Made by a program: the position numbers and the translations under genes. A stretch of 63,848 nt of DNA, filler included, from Alphaproteobacteria bacterium (GTDB taxonomy: Bacteria; Pseudomonadota; Alphaproteobacteria; Caedimonadales; UBA9215), in NCBI GenBank assembly GCA_024280495.1. It is 5 parts of 5 records of this genome, joined end to end, with 100 filler letters (N's around TTAATTAATTAA, not from the genome) between each part and the next. Parts side by side here need not be neighbours in the genome. Positions count along the whole stretch, not along the records: positions 21,838 to 45,679 come from JAJRPZ010000021.1; 4 more parts are not named here. One strand, given 5' to 3'. The notes beneath the pieces are model-generated. The model worked only from the letters and a program-made list of their open reading frames with translations, did no database searches and had not been told where the DNA came from. Positions 21,738 to 32,037 of the stretch are shown in pieces; the first letter of the stretch is position 1; every line of letters begins with the position of its first letter.

Positions 21738-21837
21738 NNNNNNNNNNNNNNNNNNNNNNNNNNNNNNNNNNNNNNNNNNNNTTAATTAATTAANNNNNNN
21801 NNNNNNNNNNNNNNNNNNNNNNNNNNNNNNNNNNNNN
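21738..21837. other. Artificial contig spacer
   Basis: N44-TTAATTAATTAA-N44 with stops in all six frames. Confidence 0.98.
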
Positions 21838-23132
21838 TCAGAAAAACCAGAAGGGGCATTCACACTTGGTCCTATTTTTGATTCCATAGGTGCTTGTGCA
21901 TTCAGAGCAAAATCTCTGGCCCTTGCCCCAAGTTTGAATGACCGATGACTATAGGTTGGTCTCGAAGATGGTGAAGAGCCCGAAAGGTGGGAAAATGTTT
22001 GATGTCCTTGTGCAAAACCTGAGCCACCTGATCCACCGCCACCTTGCCTTGAAACTTTAAGGGTTGGTTGATGCTCAATTGAGGATTTAAAAGAAGATAA
22101 TGCTGCATCGGCCACCGTTGTAGATGCTCTAAAACCAGAACCCGCCAATGCATTTTTAAGGGCACTCACGATAATGCCACGCACTTTTCCAGGGTCCCTG
22201 AATCGTACCTCGGTCTTGGCAGGGTGAACATTCATATCAACAGCTCGAGGGTCGAGCTCAAGAAATAAACACACCAAAGGAAAACGGTCCCGCGCCAGAT
22301 AATCGGCATAGGCAACTTTCACACCATGGTTAAGGATTTTATCTTTAACAGGGCGACCATTCACAAATAAAAATTGATATTGTGCATTTCCACGGTTCAA
22401 GGTTGGTAAACCCGCAAAACCTTTGAGAACAAAATCTTCTTGTTCCAAATCAATGGCCAAGGCATTGTGGGTGAAATCTTCGCCCATGATAGAGCCAAGA
22501 CGTTTTAAGGGGCCGTTCTCGTCATCGGTTTTTTGGGCAGGATAATGAAAAAATATCCGTTTTTCATCTTTGAGAATAAAAGAAACCGTTGGGTTTGCCA
22601 TGGCTAGTCGTTTTAAGGAATCTTGAATATGAGTAATTTCCGTTTGGGCTGCTTTAAGAAATTTCAAACGGGCTGGGGTTGCGAAAAAAAGATCACTTAC
22701 TTCAACTTTTGTGCCTTTGGGAAGAGATGCTGGTTCCAGATCACGTTGGGTGCCACCTTCGATGGTCAGACACCATGCATTATCCTCACTTTCATGTTTT
22801 GACGTTATCTTAAGGCGTGCAACGGACCCAATGGAGGGAAGTGCTTCACCTCGAAAGCCAAGGGTTTTAATATCAAATAAATCTCCATGGGGAAGTTTTG
22901 ACGTTGCATGGCGTTGCACACACATAAGCAAATCTTCTTGATTCATGCCGTTTCCATTATCCATAATACAAAGATAACTTCGTCCCCCATCGCGCAAAGA
23001 AATTTCGATGGCCGTTGCCCCTGCATCCAAGCTATTTTCAACCAATTCTTTGATGGCTGATGCTGGACGTTCCAAAACCTCACCCGCAGCAATTTGGTTA
23101 ATCAGATTGGGCGGCAATAAACGAATAGACAT
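21838..23132 (-). CDS. mutL: Mismatch repair protein MutL, truncated by gap
   Basis: NQIAAGEVLERPAS, KELVENSLDA, TLGFRGEALPSI, DMNVHPAKTEVRF. Confidence 0.98.
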
Positions 23133-23154
23133 AAAATTTAACCCTTTTACTCTT

Positions 23155-24402
23155 TTAGGAACGTAGGTTTTTCAGGTAAGAGCGCGTTAAAACCTTGCTT
23201 TTTTCCACCCCAGGTTGATCAAAAGCATCAACACCAATAATTTCAGCACATATAATGGTTTCTAACATAAAGTGAATCAACAATTCTCCAAGTTCTTTTT
23301 CTGCCATTTTAGCAAAAAAAATCGCCCGTACGGGACGTTCTTTATGTTCCAAAGCTTCCATGGTAGCGCGGGCTTCAGCAAACAATAAATCCCCCATGGT
23401 ACGATCCTTAAGATACTCTAATTTTGAATCCATAGAGACATACCCATTGGGCGTGAGGTTACGATCTAGCCAAACTTTAGATGTATCCTGCACAAGAAAT
23501 GTATAAATCTTATCATCGGGTCCATCACTATAGAGTTGTAGTTGAGAGTGCTGATCCACGGTACCAAGGGCCACAACGGGTGTCGTCCCTTTTCCTTCTT
23601 TACCAAGGCTTTCTCCCCAAAGTTGACAGTACCAAGCTGCAAAAGATTGCAGGCGATCAAGGTAGGGCATCATAATGGAGATATTACGTCCTTCTGCGTG
23701 GTGCAAGGCCGATGAAATGGCACCTTGAACAGCAGGATGATCAACGGCGCTAGTCTCTTTAAAATTTTTAAAGGCTACCAATGCGGAAGATCTCAAAATT
23801 TTAATATCAACACCTGATAGGGCGGCTGGTAACAAACCAACATTGGAAAAAATAGAAAAACGCCCCCCAATTTTTTTATGATGAGTCAAGGACGTCATGG
23901 CATACTTTTTCGCCAATCGATCCATGGGAGAGTCTTTATCTTCCGTGATGATTTGAAAATGGTTTTTAACGTCCAAACCCTTTTCTTCAACAACTTTCAT
24001 CAAGCACAACGTTTGCATTAAGGTTTCTGCAGTGGAACCAGATTTAGAAATTGCAATGAAAACAGTTTTTTCAAGGTCTAAAACATCCACTAAGTGATGA
24101 ATAGTCAAAGGGTCGACATTATTCAAAAAATGGACGTTTTCTTGGAAAGGATTGGTCGAAAGATCACATAATGTTTTTGCCCCAAGGGACGAGCCCCCCG
24201 TGCCAAGAATAACAAAAGTTGAAAATTTTTCTTTAAGCTCTGCTGCTTTATGTAAAACTTCTTGAAAATGATCTTCATCTTCAAGGACATCAAAAAAGGC
24301 ATACACTCCTTTTAAACTTTTTTCTAAAACGGTATTTACAGATTCTAGATATCTTGAGGTTGATGCAGAAGGAAAATCAAAACTTTTAAAGTCACAAGTC
24401 AT
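23155..24402 (-). CDS. pgi: Glucose-6-phosphate isomerase (short form)
   Basis: GTGGSSLG, ISKSGSTAET, GGRFS, QLWGESLGK, DQHSQLQLY, AFDQPGVE. Confidence 0.95.
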   Translation of the reverse strand: MTCDFKSFDFPSASTSRYLESVNTVLEKSLKGVYAFFDVLEDEDHFQEVLHKAAELKEKFSTFVILGTGGSSLGAKTLCDLSTNPFQENVHFLNNVDPLTIHHLVDVLDLEKTVFIAISKSGSTAETLMQTLCLMKVVEEKGLDVKNHFQIITEDKDSPMDRLAKKYAMTSLTHHKKIGGRFSIFSNVGLLPAALSGVDIKILRSSALVAFKNFKETSAVDHPAVQGAISSALHHAEGRNISIMMPYLDRLQSFAAWYCQLWGESLGKEGKGTTPVVALGTVDQHSQLQLYSDGPDDKIYTFLVQDTSKVWLDRNLTPNGYVSMDSKLEYLKDRTMGDLLFAEARATMEALEHKERPVRAIFFAKMAEKELGELLIHFMLETIICAEIIGVDAFDQPGVEKSKVLTRSYLKNLRS

Positions 24403-24404
24403 TT

Positions 24405-25745
24405 TTAACTTCCTTTTTGTGTGGTAAATTCCGTTTGAAAATTCCCATCAATTACAGGGTTCCCCACCATAAAAGAAAGCGTTTTATTTGGATTGAAAAA
24501 AGTTTTAATAAACCTATTCATTTCTTTTAACGTAATGGAATTAATCATATTAGAGCGATCGTTCATAAAAGTTATAGGAAAATTATAGCGCTGTAAAAAC
24601 ATTATGGTATCAGCAACTGCAATAGTTGAGGAATGCCCTAAAACATAAGAGCCAATGGCAGATTTTTTTGCATCACTTAATTCTTGTTCCGTTACGCCAA
24701 ATTGTGAAAATTTTATAAATTCTCGCTGAATAATAGAAAAAGAATCATTAACTTTTTTATTTTCTGTACCAAATTTTATCACAATAAGCTGTAGTTTTTC
24801 GAGGTTGCTAAGGCCACTGGAAATTGTATAGACAAGACCTGCTTTTTCACGAACTTCCTGTAATAAACGTCCTTTAAATCCCTGACCAAAAATACTTAAA
24901 GCCAGGTTCAATTTCATGAAATCAGGGTGAGTAACGTGTAATCCTTTGTGAATAATAGAAACCTGTGTTTGTGGAAGTTCATGTTTGAAAACATATTTTT
25001 GATTGTCATAAACCACGTCAACAGGAGGGACATTAACAAGATCAACGGTATCGGGCAAATCACCAAAAACGTCATCCACCATTTTCATAACTTCTTTAGA
25101 CGTTAAATTTCCACAAACGCCAACAACCAAATTAGATTTTGCAAAACTTTTTTCAGCAAGACGTTGCATATCACTTCGCGTTATACGATCAATGGATTCC
25201 GATGTATGTTCACGGCCATAAATATGGTTTCCATATAGATGATCCGCCGTCATGCGACTTAATTTATATCCAGGACTTTTATAACTCTCCAGCAAATCTG
25301 CTTTTACCTGTGTTTTTTTTAGGTCAATACGATCCTGATCAAAACGAGGACGATAGAGCACATCCTTTAACAAAGAAACGGCTTGTGCCCTTGTTTCCAG
25401 AGTTGTAGACAGAATCACCATAAAATCATCTTTGGTTACCTGGGTAGAAAGGCGCACACCCAGCTTTGAGACAAGGTTTTTAAAAGCATTGGCATCGAGG
25501 TCCCCTGCCCCTTCTCCTCTCATTGATGCTGTAAAAACAGCTAATCCCTCAAGGCCATTGGGGTCCTGAGCTGAACCTGCATTTTTAAAGATAAATTCCA
25601 TAGATATAATGGGAACTGACTTGTCTGGTGCAAACCAAACAGTAATACCTTTTGGTGTTTTTAATGAATGAATTTCTATGGCTTTTAAGGAAAAAGCAAA
25701 TAAAGAAATCGTAAAGATCGTCAGGAGAGTCAATTTAAATCTCAT
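24405..25745 (-). CDS. M16 peptidase family, non-catalytic subunit
   Basis: AGSAQDPNGLEGLA without HXXEH; RLLQEVREKAGLVY; signal peptide. Confidence 0.9.
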   Translation of the reverse strand: MRFKLTLLTIFTISLFAFSLKAIEIHSLKTPKGITVWFAPDKSVPIISMEFIFKNAGSAQDPNGLEGLAVFTASMRGEGAGDLDANAFKNLVSKLGVRLSTQVTKDDFMVILSTTLETRAQAVSLLKDVLYRPRFDQDRIDLKKTQVKADLLESYKSPGYKLSRMTADHLYGNHIYGREHTSESIDRITRSDMQRLAEKSFAKSNLVVGVCGNLTSKEVMKMVDDVFGDLPDTVDLVNVPPVDVVYDNQKYVFKHELPQTQVSIIHKGLHVTHPDFMKLNLALSIFGQGFKGRLLQEVREKAGLVYTISSGLSNLEKLQLIVIKFGTENKKVNDSFSIIQREFIKFSQFGVTEQELSDAKKSAIGSYVLGHSSTIAVADTIMFLQRYNFPITFMNDRSNMINSITLKEMNRFIKTFFNPNKTLSFMVGNPVIDGNFQTEFTTQKGS

Positions 25746-27331
25746 TTTTCAGTCCTTGTTTTTAAGGGGCCAATTTTTCTTGTGAATTTTTTTTGAGGCA
25801 GCTGTTTTTGAAGTGCTTTGACTTCAGAACTTTTAACTTTTTTCTTTTGTTCGGGCAACAGGTAACCTTTCACCGAGTGTTTAGGTCTCAAATATTTACG
25901 TAAGGCTGTATTAATTTCATCAACATTAATATTATGAACCAATTCTGAGACTGCCTCCGTACGTGCCAAAGGAACTTCAGAGATTAGAGGAGAAATTAAA
26001 TCTCCTGCACCCGCCATAAGGGAATCCTTTACAAAAGCAACACCTGCTAACATCTGGATTTTATAGTCTTTAAGCTGTTGCTCACTTAACCCTAAATCCA
26101 AAATTTTATTCAGTTCTTCTTTAAAAGTTTTTTCAAGTTTTTCAAGGGATACACCCTTTGCAGTTTGCATGTTCAAGAAAATAGGGTCATCATCCATTCT
26201 TAAATAATTAGAAGAAATATTAATAAAAGTAGCAACCTTTAACTCCTCCACAAGTCGGCGATATAAAATGCCCGTAAGAGTATTGGTTAATGCAAAAAAT
26301 CCCACACTAAGAGCCTCTGCTTCCGTGCGATTTTGAGGGGTATAATCTGGGGCTGGCATTAATTCAAAAATATAAGGTAATGCCACCTGATCGGATTTCT
26401 TATTAAGGATAATATCTATTTTTAACTCAGGTTCTTTGACGCGACCACGTCCATGATCGGACCATCCACCGCGCGCTGGAATATCACCGTAATATTTTTC
26501 CATGAGGCGTTTTGCTTCAGGCAAAGTCATATCTCCGCTTAAAATAACAAAGGCATTATTAGGGCCATAGTGTTTTTTGTGAAAAGAGTCAACATCTTCA
26601 GGTGTGTAGGTTTTTATTTCGCTGCGATACCCAATGGGACGAGTTTGATAAGGATGGTGACGGAAAAAAGCTGCTCTCAGGTCGAAATAAAATTGCGTAT
26701 AAGGATTGTTTCCATAACGCATGTTTTCTTCTTCTAGGACAACGGATATTTCTGGTGTCACGTCTTCGGCACGCACGGGAAGGTTACGCATACGTGAGGC
26801 TTCAAGTTTCATAAAATGTTCAATATGTTCCTTTGGGACAATTTCATAATATTGCGTTGTATCATAACCAGTTGAAGCATTAACCATGCCGCCAACGGTT
26901 TCTGCATCGGACATAATCCGTTCTGGATCAGACCCTTTTGGTCCTTTGAACATCAAGTGTTCAGTAAAATGAGCCAGCCCTGATTTTCCAATAGGATCAT
27001 CGGCAGACCCAATACGGTATACAACCATTTGCGAAACAACTGGGGTTCTATGGTGCTCAATAAGAAAAACGCGCAATCCATTTTTAAGGGTGAATTTTTG
27101 GGCATTGTAAAACTTTTCAGAAAACTTTTGTTCATCTCCTTTGTGAGAATATTCCTTCAGAACTGTCTCTTTTTTTTCGCCTCCTTTTTCAAGGGTACTA
27201 ACAATGGCACTAAGAGGCGCCACAGAAAAAAAAGTGATAAAAAGAAAAACCCCTAAAGAAAAATTCTTCTGTTTCCCCTTAAAAGAGAACGCCTGAGAAG
27301 AGAATAGATGTTTTTTTAACATTTGCACCAT
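25742..27331 (-). CDS. M16 zinc peptidase, catalytic subunit
   Basis: TLKNGL, GSADDPIGKSGLAHFTEHLMFKG (HXXEH), NAST, HPYQTRPIG; start uncertain. Confidence 0.92.
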   Translation of the reverse strand: MVQMLKKHLFSSQAFSFKGKQKNFSLGVFLFITFFSVAPLSAIVSTLEKGGEKKETVLKEYSHKGDEQKFSEKFYNAQKFTLKNGLRVFLIEHHRTPVVSQMVVYRIGSADDPIGKSGLAHFTEHLMFKGPKGSDPERIMSDAETVGGMVNASTGYDTTQYYEIVPKEHIEHFMKLEASRMRNLPVRAEDVTPEISVVLEEENMRYGNNPYTQFYFDLRAAFFRHHPYQTRPIGYRSEIKTYTPEDVDSFHKKHYGPNNAFVILSGDMTLPEAKRLMEKYYGDIPARGGWSDHGRGRVKEPELKIDIILNKKSDQVALPYIFELMPAPDYTPQNRTEAEALSVGFFALTNTLTGILYRRLVEELKVATFINISSNYLRMDDDPIFLNMQTAKGVSLEKLEKTFKEELNKILDLGLSEQQLKDYKIQMLAGVAFVKDSLMAGAGDLISPLISEVPLARTEAVSELVHNINVDEINTALRKYLRPKHSVKGYLLPEQKKKVKSSEVKALQKQLPQKKFTRKIGPLKTRTEK

Positions 27332-27351
27332 GGAAATTTCCTAACTGTTTA

Positions 27352-27825
27352 TTAACGGTTATATTTTTCATTTTCAACTTGGGGATCAATAACGTCATCA
27401 TTTTTACGGGTTGACTTATTTTTCCAAAACACGAGATCTTCTCCAACGGATGGAAGGCCTTCTTTTTCAATGGCTGGATTTTCATCTGCAATTTTTGAGC
27501 GTACATCAGGATCTAAATTTGTAGCACCTGCCTCATTAAGAAACGCTTTTTCTCCAGCAGCAACAGGAACAGAAGTGTCACCTACGTTAGATCCAAAAAC
27601 TGCTTTTTTTGCCTTTCGATTCACGATATTGTGGGCAAGATTCTTTGCGTTTTTCAGTGGTGGACGGAGGTTATAATTAGGAGGTGTTGATAAAGGATGA
27701 CGATCAACCACACCAAACTCATCGACCTGTGTCCGTTTGAGACCAAATACTTCCCGTGTTTTATCACAACCAGATATCATTACAATTGCCGATAAAATCG
27801 CTGTCATAGATATAAAATTACGCAT
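27352..27825 (-). CDS. DUF3035-family lipoprotein
   Basis: ISGC lipobox; DEFGVVDRHPLSTPPNYNLRPP; usual position after lspA. Confidence 0.8.
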   Translation of the reverse strand: MRNFISMTAILSAIVMISGCDKTREVFGLKRTQVDEFGVVDRHPLSTPPNYNLRPPLKNAKNLAHNIVNRKAKKAVFGSNVGDTSVPVAAGEKAFLNEAGATNLDPDVRSKIADENPAIEKEGLPSVGEDLVFWKNKSTRKNDDVIDPQVENEKYNR

Positions 27826-28321
27826 TTTTTTCTCCTTTTTGTTCCCATTTAGACTCTAGGAACGATTCAATAAAAATAAAAACCACACCCACACAAATAA
27901 AAGTGTCAGCCAAATTAAAAGCGGGCCAATGATAAAGCTCATAATGAAAATCTATAAAATCCATAACGGCCCCATAACGGATGCGATCAATAATATTGCC
28001 GAGCGCGCCTCCAATAACCATTCCAATGCCCGCAGATAACCAGTGATTTTTTGAACGCCAAAGCCACACAAAAAAGACAAAGCTAATAATGCCAGAAACC
28101 ACCAACAAAACATATGTTCCAACATCACCATAGGAATCAAAAAGGCTAAAACTCACCCCCGTATTCCACGCTAAAGTAAAATTAAAAAAAGATGTCACTT
28201 GAATAAGTTGAGGCGGATTCATGATATCACTGATCATATAAAATTTGGTTGCTTGATCCAAAATCAATGTGACTGCAATAAAAATAAATCCCATAAGGCG
28301 GTTTCGCATTTTTGATTCCAT
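27818..28321 (-). CDS. lspA: Lipoprotein signal peptidase
   Basis: LDQATK, WNTGVSFS, GGALGNIIDR, VMDFID, WPAFNLAD; start 28321 or 28309. Confidence 0.96.
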   Translation of the reverse strand: MESKMRNRLMGFIFIAVTLILDQATKFYMISDIMNPPQLIQVTSFFNFTLAWNTGVSFSLFDSYGDVGTYVLLVVSGIISFVFFVWLWRSKNHWLSAGIGMVIGGALGNIIDRIRYGAVMDFIDFHYELYHWPAFNLADTFICVGVVFIFIESFLESKWEQKGEKNA

Positions 28322-28325
28322 AAAA

Positions 28326-31148
28326 CTAACCCGCACTTTCAACCATTGAATCACAAACTGTTGTGCACCTTGAACATAAAGTTGGATGGGCTCTATGTGA
28401 CCCAACGTCAGGTAATATTTTCCAGCAACGGGCACATTTATCATCGGTTGCTTTAGAAATAACAACGCCTAAATTTTTATCTTGATAAGCATTTTCTGGC
28501 ACTGGTTCTTTATGGATGAAAAATTGGGATACAATAAGAAGCTCTGCAAAATCTTCACCAGCTTCAATATATTTATCAAGTAACCCATCAGGATCATAAA
28601 CATCTATTTTTGCTTGTAAACTTGACCCAATTACGCCATTTTTTCGTGCAAATTCAAGGGCAGACGTCATAACAGAACGCAAGGAGCGCAATACTGCAAT
28701 TTCTAAGTGTGATTTATTATGATCTTTCCAAGCACTATGGTCATCTGGAAAAATAGAAAGCTGTAAGGACTCTTTTTCTGGATAACGACATTGCCAAGCT
28801 TCTTCTGCTGTAAAGGGAATTACAGGAGATAAAAAATGCGCAAGGTATTGAAATACATAGTGCATTGTTGTTAGAGCTGCTTGACGTTTTGGTGCATTCA
28901 AAGGGTCACAGTAAAGGGAATCCTTACGAATATCTAAGTAAAAAGCAGATAAATCAACACTACAAAAAGCATGAAGACGACTATAAAAACTTTGAAAATC
29001 TACGGTATCAACACTTTTATCAAAATGGTTTTTAAGCTCAACTAAGTGGCTCAAAACTGATTTTTCTAAAGTCGGCAACTGATCATAAGGAGTCAATAAT
29101 GTACCATCAAATCCATCTAAGGCCCCTAATAAATAACGTAAAGTATTGCGATAACGGCGATAAATATCTTGTTGATGTTTAAGGATATCTTTCCCCATAC
29201 GCAAATCATCGGTGTAATCACAACTCACGACCCAAAGACGTAAAATTTCAACACCCACTTCATCGGCAATATCCATAGGAGAAACCGTGTTGCCAACGGA
29301 TTTTGACATTTTAAGACCCTTGGCGTCCACGGTAAAGCCATGGGTCACGACGGTTTTAAAGGGAGCATCGCCCCTTGTACCACATCCAACTAATAAAGAT
29401 GATTGGAACCATCCACGGTGCTGATCCGATCCTTCAAGGTACATATCTGCGGGTCGTTGAAGTTCTGGACGACCTTCTAGAACAAAGCCTTGAGTTGCGC
29501 CAGATTCAAACCACACATCCAAAATATCCTGACAGGGCGTATAATCATCAGTATTATGATCGGGAGTCAAAAAACGACTGTGATCCTCGCCAAACCATAC
29601 ATCACAACCTTCAGATTCAAATATATCAAGGATACGTTTATTGACAGCGGGATCTTTCAAAATCTCCCCCGTTTCTTTGTGGGTATAAAGAGTGATGGGA
29701 ACTCCCCACGATCTTTGCCTTGATAAACACCAATCTGGGCGATCCTTGACCATACCATTGATGCGGTTTTCCCCTTGTGCAGGAATCCAGTTTGTTTTTT
29801 TGATCTCGGACAACGCACAATCACGCAAGCTTTTCCCCTGAACTTCATGTTCCATGCGAATAAACCATTGAGGGGTTGTTCTGAAAATCAAAGGAGCTTT
29901 TGAGCGCCAAGAATGAGGATAGCTGTGCTTAATAGTGGATTTATAAACAAGTGCTCCCGCTTTATGCAGAGCCGTTAGCACAACAGGATCAGCTTTAAAA
30001 ACGTGAATACCCGAAAATTCTTTTACAGAATCTGTATAAACCGCATTATCATTAATGGTATCAGCAATTTCGAGATTAAACTTACGACCCAAATCAAAGT
30101 CATCGGGACCATGACCAGGTGCCGTATGCACAAGACCCGTTCCCGTTTCCGTTGTCACATGGTGCCCTTCAATCATGGGCACATCAAAATCATAACCAAG
30201 ATGTTTGAAGGGATGGTTTAAAATGGTATTGGCAAGGTCCGATCCTTTGAAGTGTGCAATGACCTCAAAATCTCTCACGCCAATTTCAGCCAAAATCTTT
30301 TCGTGCAAATTTTTAGCAAGCAAAAACCTGGATCCTATGGAGAATTTTGACTCTTCCTCAACGGATTTAACCTCAATAGTTACATAATCAATATCAGCAC
30401 CATAGGCAACGGCTCGGTTTCCAGGAATTGTCCAAGGAGTCGTCGTCCAAATAACAACTTTTGTGTTTTTAAGGTTTAATAGATCTGTTTTTTGAATATC
30501 AAAAGCAACATAAATAGCAGGTGATTTCTTATCCTGATATTCCATTTCAGCATCAGCTAAGGCTGTTTTCTCAAGGGGAGACCACATGATAGGGCGCACG
30601 CCTTTATAAACAGCACCACTTTCAAGAAAAGTCATAAATTCTTTGGCAATGGCTGCTTCGGATTTAAAATCCATGGTGATATAAGGTTTTTTTGTATCCG
30701 CCAAAATACCCAGGCGGTCAAATTCCCGAGCTTGAATATCCACCCATTTGCGCGCAAAGGAACGGCACTCTTGGCGAAATTCATTAATGGGGACATCTTC
30801 TTTTTTCTTACCTGCTTTGCGATAGGCTTCTTCAACTTTCCATTCAATGGGTAACCCATGGCAGTCCCACCCAGGAACCAGCGGAGCATTTTCCCCCATC
30901 ATGGTGTGAGAACGCACGACGATGTCCTTCAAAATGCCATTCAAGGCGTGGCCAGCATGTAAGTGTCCATTGGCATAAGGGGGGCCCCAATGCAGCAGAA
31001 AAGTCTCTGCTCCTGCACGTGCTTCTCGTATTTTTTTATACAGGTTTTCTTTTTGCCATTTTTCAACCATTAGGGGTTCTTTTTCAGATAAATTTCCACG
31101 CATTGAAAAAGATGTCTGGGGTAAGAAAATCGTGTCTTTATAATTCAT
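28326..31148 (-). CDS. ileS: Isoleucyl-tRNA synthetase
   Basis: GPPYANGHLHAGH, GWDCHGLPIE, WTTTPWT, KMSKS, C-terminal CARCW...CSRC. Confidence 0.99.
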   Translation of the reverse strand: MNYKDTIFLPQTSFSMRGNLSEKEPLMVEKWQKENLYKKIREARAGAETFLLHWGPPYANGHLHAGHALNGILKDIVVRSHTMMGENAPLVPGWDCHGLPIEWKVEEAYRKAGKKKEDVPINEFRQECRSFARKWVDIQAREFDRLGILADTKKPYITMDFKSEAAIAKEFMTFLESGAVYKGVRPIMWSPLEKTALADAEMEYQDKKSPAIYVAFDIQKTDLLNLKNTKVVIWTTTPWTIPGNRAVAYGADIDYVTIEVKSVEEESKFSIGSRFLLAKNLHEKILAEIGVRDFEVIAHFKGSDLANTILNHPFKHLGYDFDVPMIEGHHVTTETGTGLVHTAPGHGPDDFDLGRKFNLEIADTINDNAVYTDSVKEFSGIHVFKADPVVLTALHKAGALVYKSTIKHSYPHSWRSKAPLIFRTTPQWFIRMEHEVQGKSLRDCALSEIKKTNWIPAQGENRINGMVKDRPDWCLSRQRSWGVPITLYTHKETGEILKDPAVNKRILDIFESEGCDVWFGEDHSRFLTPDHNTDDYTPCQDILDVWFESGATQGFVLEGRPELQRPADMYLEGSDQHRGWFQSSLLVGCGTRGDAPFKTVVTHGFTVDAKGLKMSKSVGNTVSPMDIADEVGVEILRLWVVSCDYTDDLRMGKDILKHQQDIYRRYRNTLRYLLGALDGFDGTLLTPYDQLPTLEKSVLSHLVELKNHFDKSVDTVDFQSFYSRLHAFCSVDLSAFYLDIRKDSLYCDPLNAPKRQAALTTMHYVFQYLAHFLSPVIPFTAEEAWQCRYPEKESLQLSIFPDDHSAWKDHNKSHLEIAVLRSLRSVMTSALEFARKNGVIGSSLQAKIDVYDPDGLLDKYIEAGEDFAELLIVSQFFIHKEPVPENAYQDKNLGVVISKATDDKCARCWKILPDVGSHRAHPTLCSRCTTVCDSMVESAG

Positions 31149-31323
31149 AATAGAAAACCTTCTGTGCGGTTTGAAATGGGCTACTTAAAATCATTTCGAA
31201 AAAAACGCCTTTTAAAATACTGAGCATAATATAAACGTTATTCTTTTTATATGCAAAGCATTCTCTTTTAAGTTAAAAATAACAAGTTAGGAAATTTTTA
31301 ACCCATAAATCTTTTTTAGCATC

Positions 31324-31350
31324 AAAAAAAGACCCCATAGAAGAGGTCTC
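31324..31350 (-). terminator. Rho-independent terminator of the IalB-like gene
   Basis: Minus strand GAGACCTC-TTCTAT-GGGGTCTT followed by a T run. Confidence 0.65.
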
Positions 31351-31372
31351 TATAGAAAAAATAAAGTAAAAA

Positions 31373-31879
31373 CTATCGAGTTGCACAGCTCTTTGAAATA
31401 GCTCTATGAGCAGAGAATGCGCCTTTTAAAGAAACTGTATCTTTTGTACGAGTGCCTCTTGCCGACGTGCCGGTAAAAATCATAGAGATTCCTTTTTTTG
31501 TCATATAGTCAACCATAGACGTATCTGTTTTTGCGTCAACAAACCACCCAATCTCACCTTCAGTAAAAAGTTTTTCTGTTTTATTACCTGCTTTTGCAAT
31601 AATGGTTGAGGTTATTTGTGCGCCTTTTTTAAAGCTGTACCCCGCATGAAAACTCACAACGTTTTTACTTTTTTGAGAAGGTCTGTGCGTTACTACGAGA
31701 TAAACATCACCGCGTTTTTTATATTTACCTTCACTTTTTTGAGCCATACTAACCATATAACAAACCCCATCTTTTTTATAGGCGTGCCAATCTCCGTGTT
31801 TTCCCAGACTTTTTGCCGCAGCAAAAGATCCAGTGATGGAAAAAAAAGAAATAAATAAAATATATGAGAAAACACGCAT
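31373..31879 (-). CDS. Invasion-associated locus B (IalB)-like exported protein
   Basis: Signal peptide; GDWHAY..CYMVS, RGDVYLVVTHRP, GTSARGTRTKDTVSLKG, terminal Cys. Confidence 0.75.
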   Translation of the reverse strand: MRVFSYILFISFFSITGSFAAAKSLGKHGDWHAYKKDGVCYMVSMAQKSEGKYKKRGDVYLVVTHRPSQKSKNVVSFHAGYSFKKGAQITSTIIAKAGNKTEKLFTEGEIGWFVDAKTDTSMVDYMTKKGISMIFTGTSARGTRTKDTVSLKGAFSAHRAISKSCATR

Positions 31880-31952
31880 GTAAATAAAACCTAAAAATTG
31901 ATACCTTCAAATTCTACCTAATTTCGAAAAATAACTCAAGGTTTCAACCTCT

Positions 31953-32016
31953 ATAGTGATTTAAAAAAAGTTCCAATCTAGGAGCGAGGGAGTAACGCCT
32001 ATTTCCCCCGAACTAT
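31953..32016. repeat. Possible degenerate RPE-like element
   Basis: ATAGT...ACTAT ends; GGAGCGAGGGAGTAACGCCTAT resembles GGCGCAAGGGACGACGGCTAT of the 19106 element (reverse strand). Confidence 0.4.
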
Positions 32017-32037
32017 TCTTATAAAGTAGTAAATCTA

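Noticed and set aside
21782..21793. TTAATTAATTAA repeated four times
   Set aside because: Always centred in N runs; an assembly linker, not a biological repeat.
27818..28465. Long ORF-track starts for lspA, and likewise rpsJ (137), rplD (1205), secretin (14200), nfu (35204) and lolA (52420)
   Set aside because: They overlap neighbouring genes or precede the conserved N-termini; downstream ATGs fit better.
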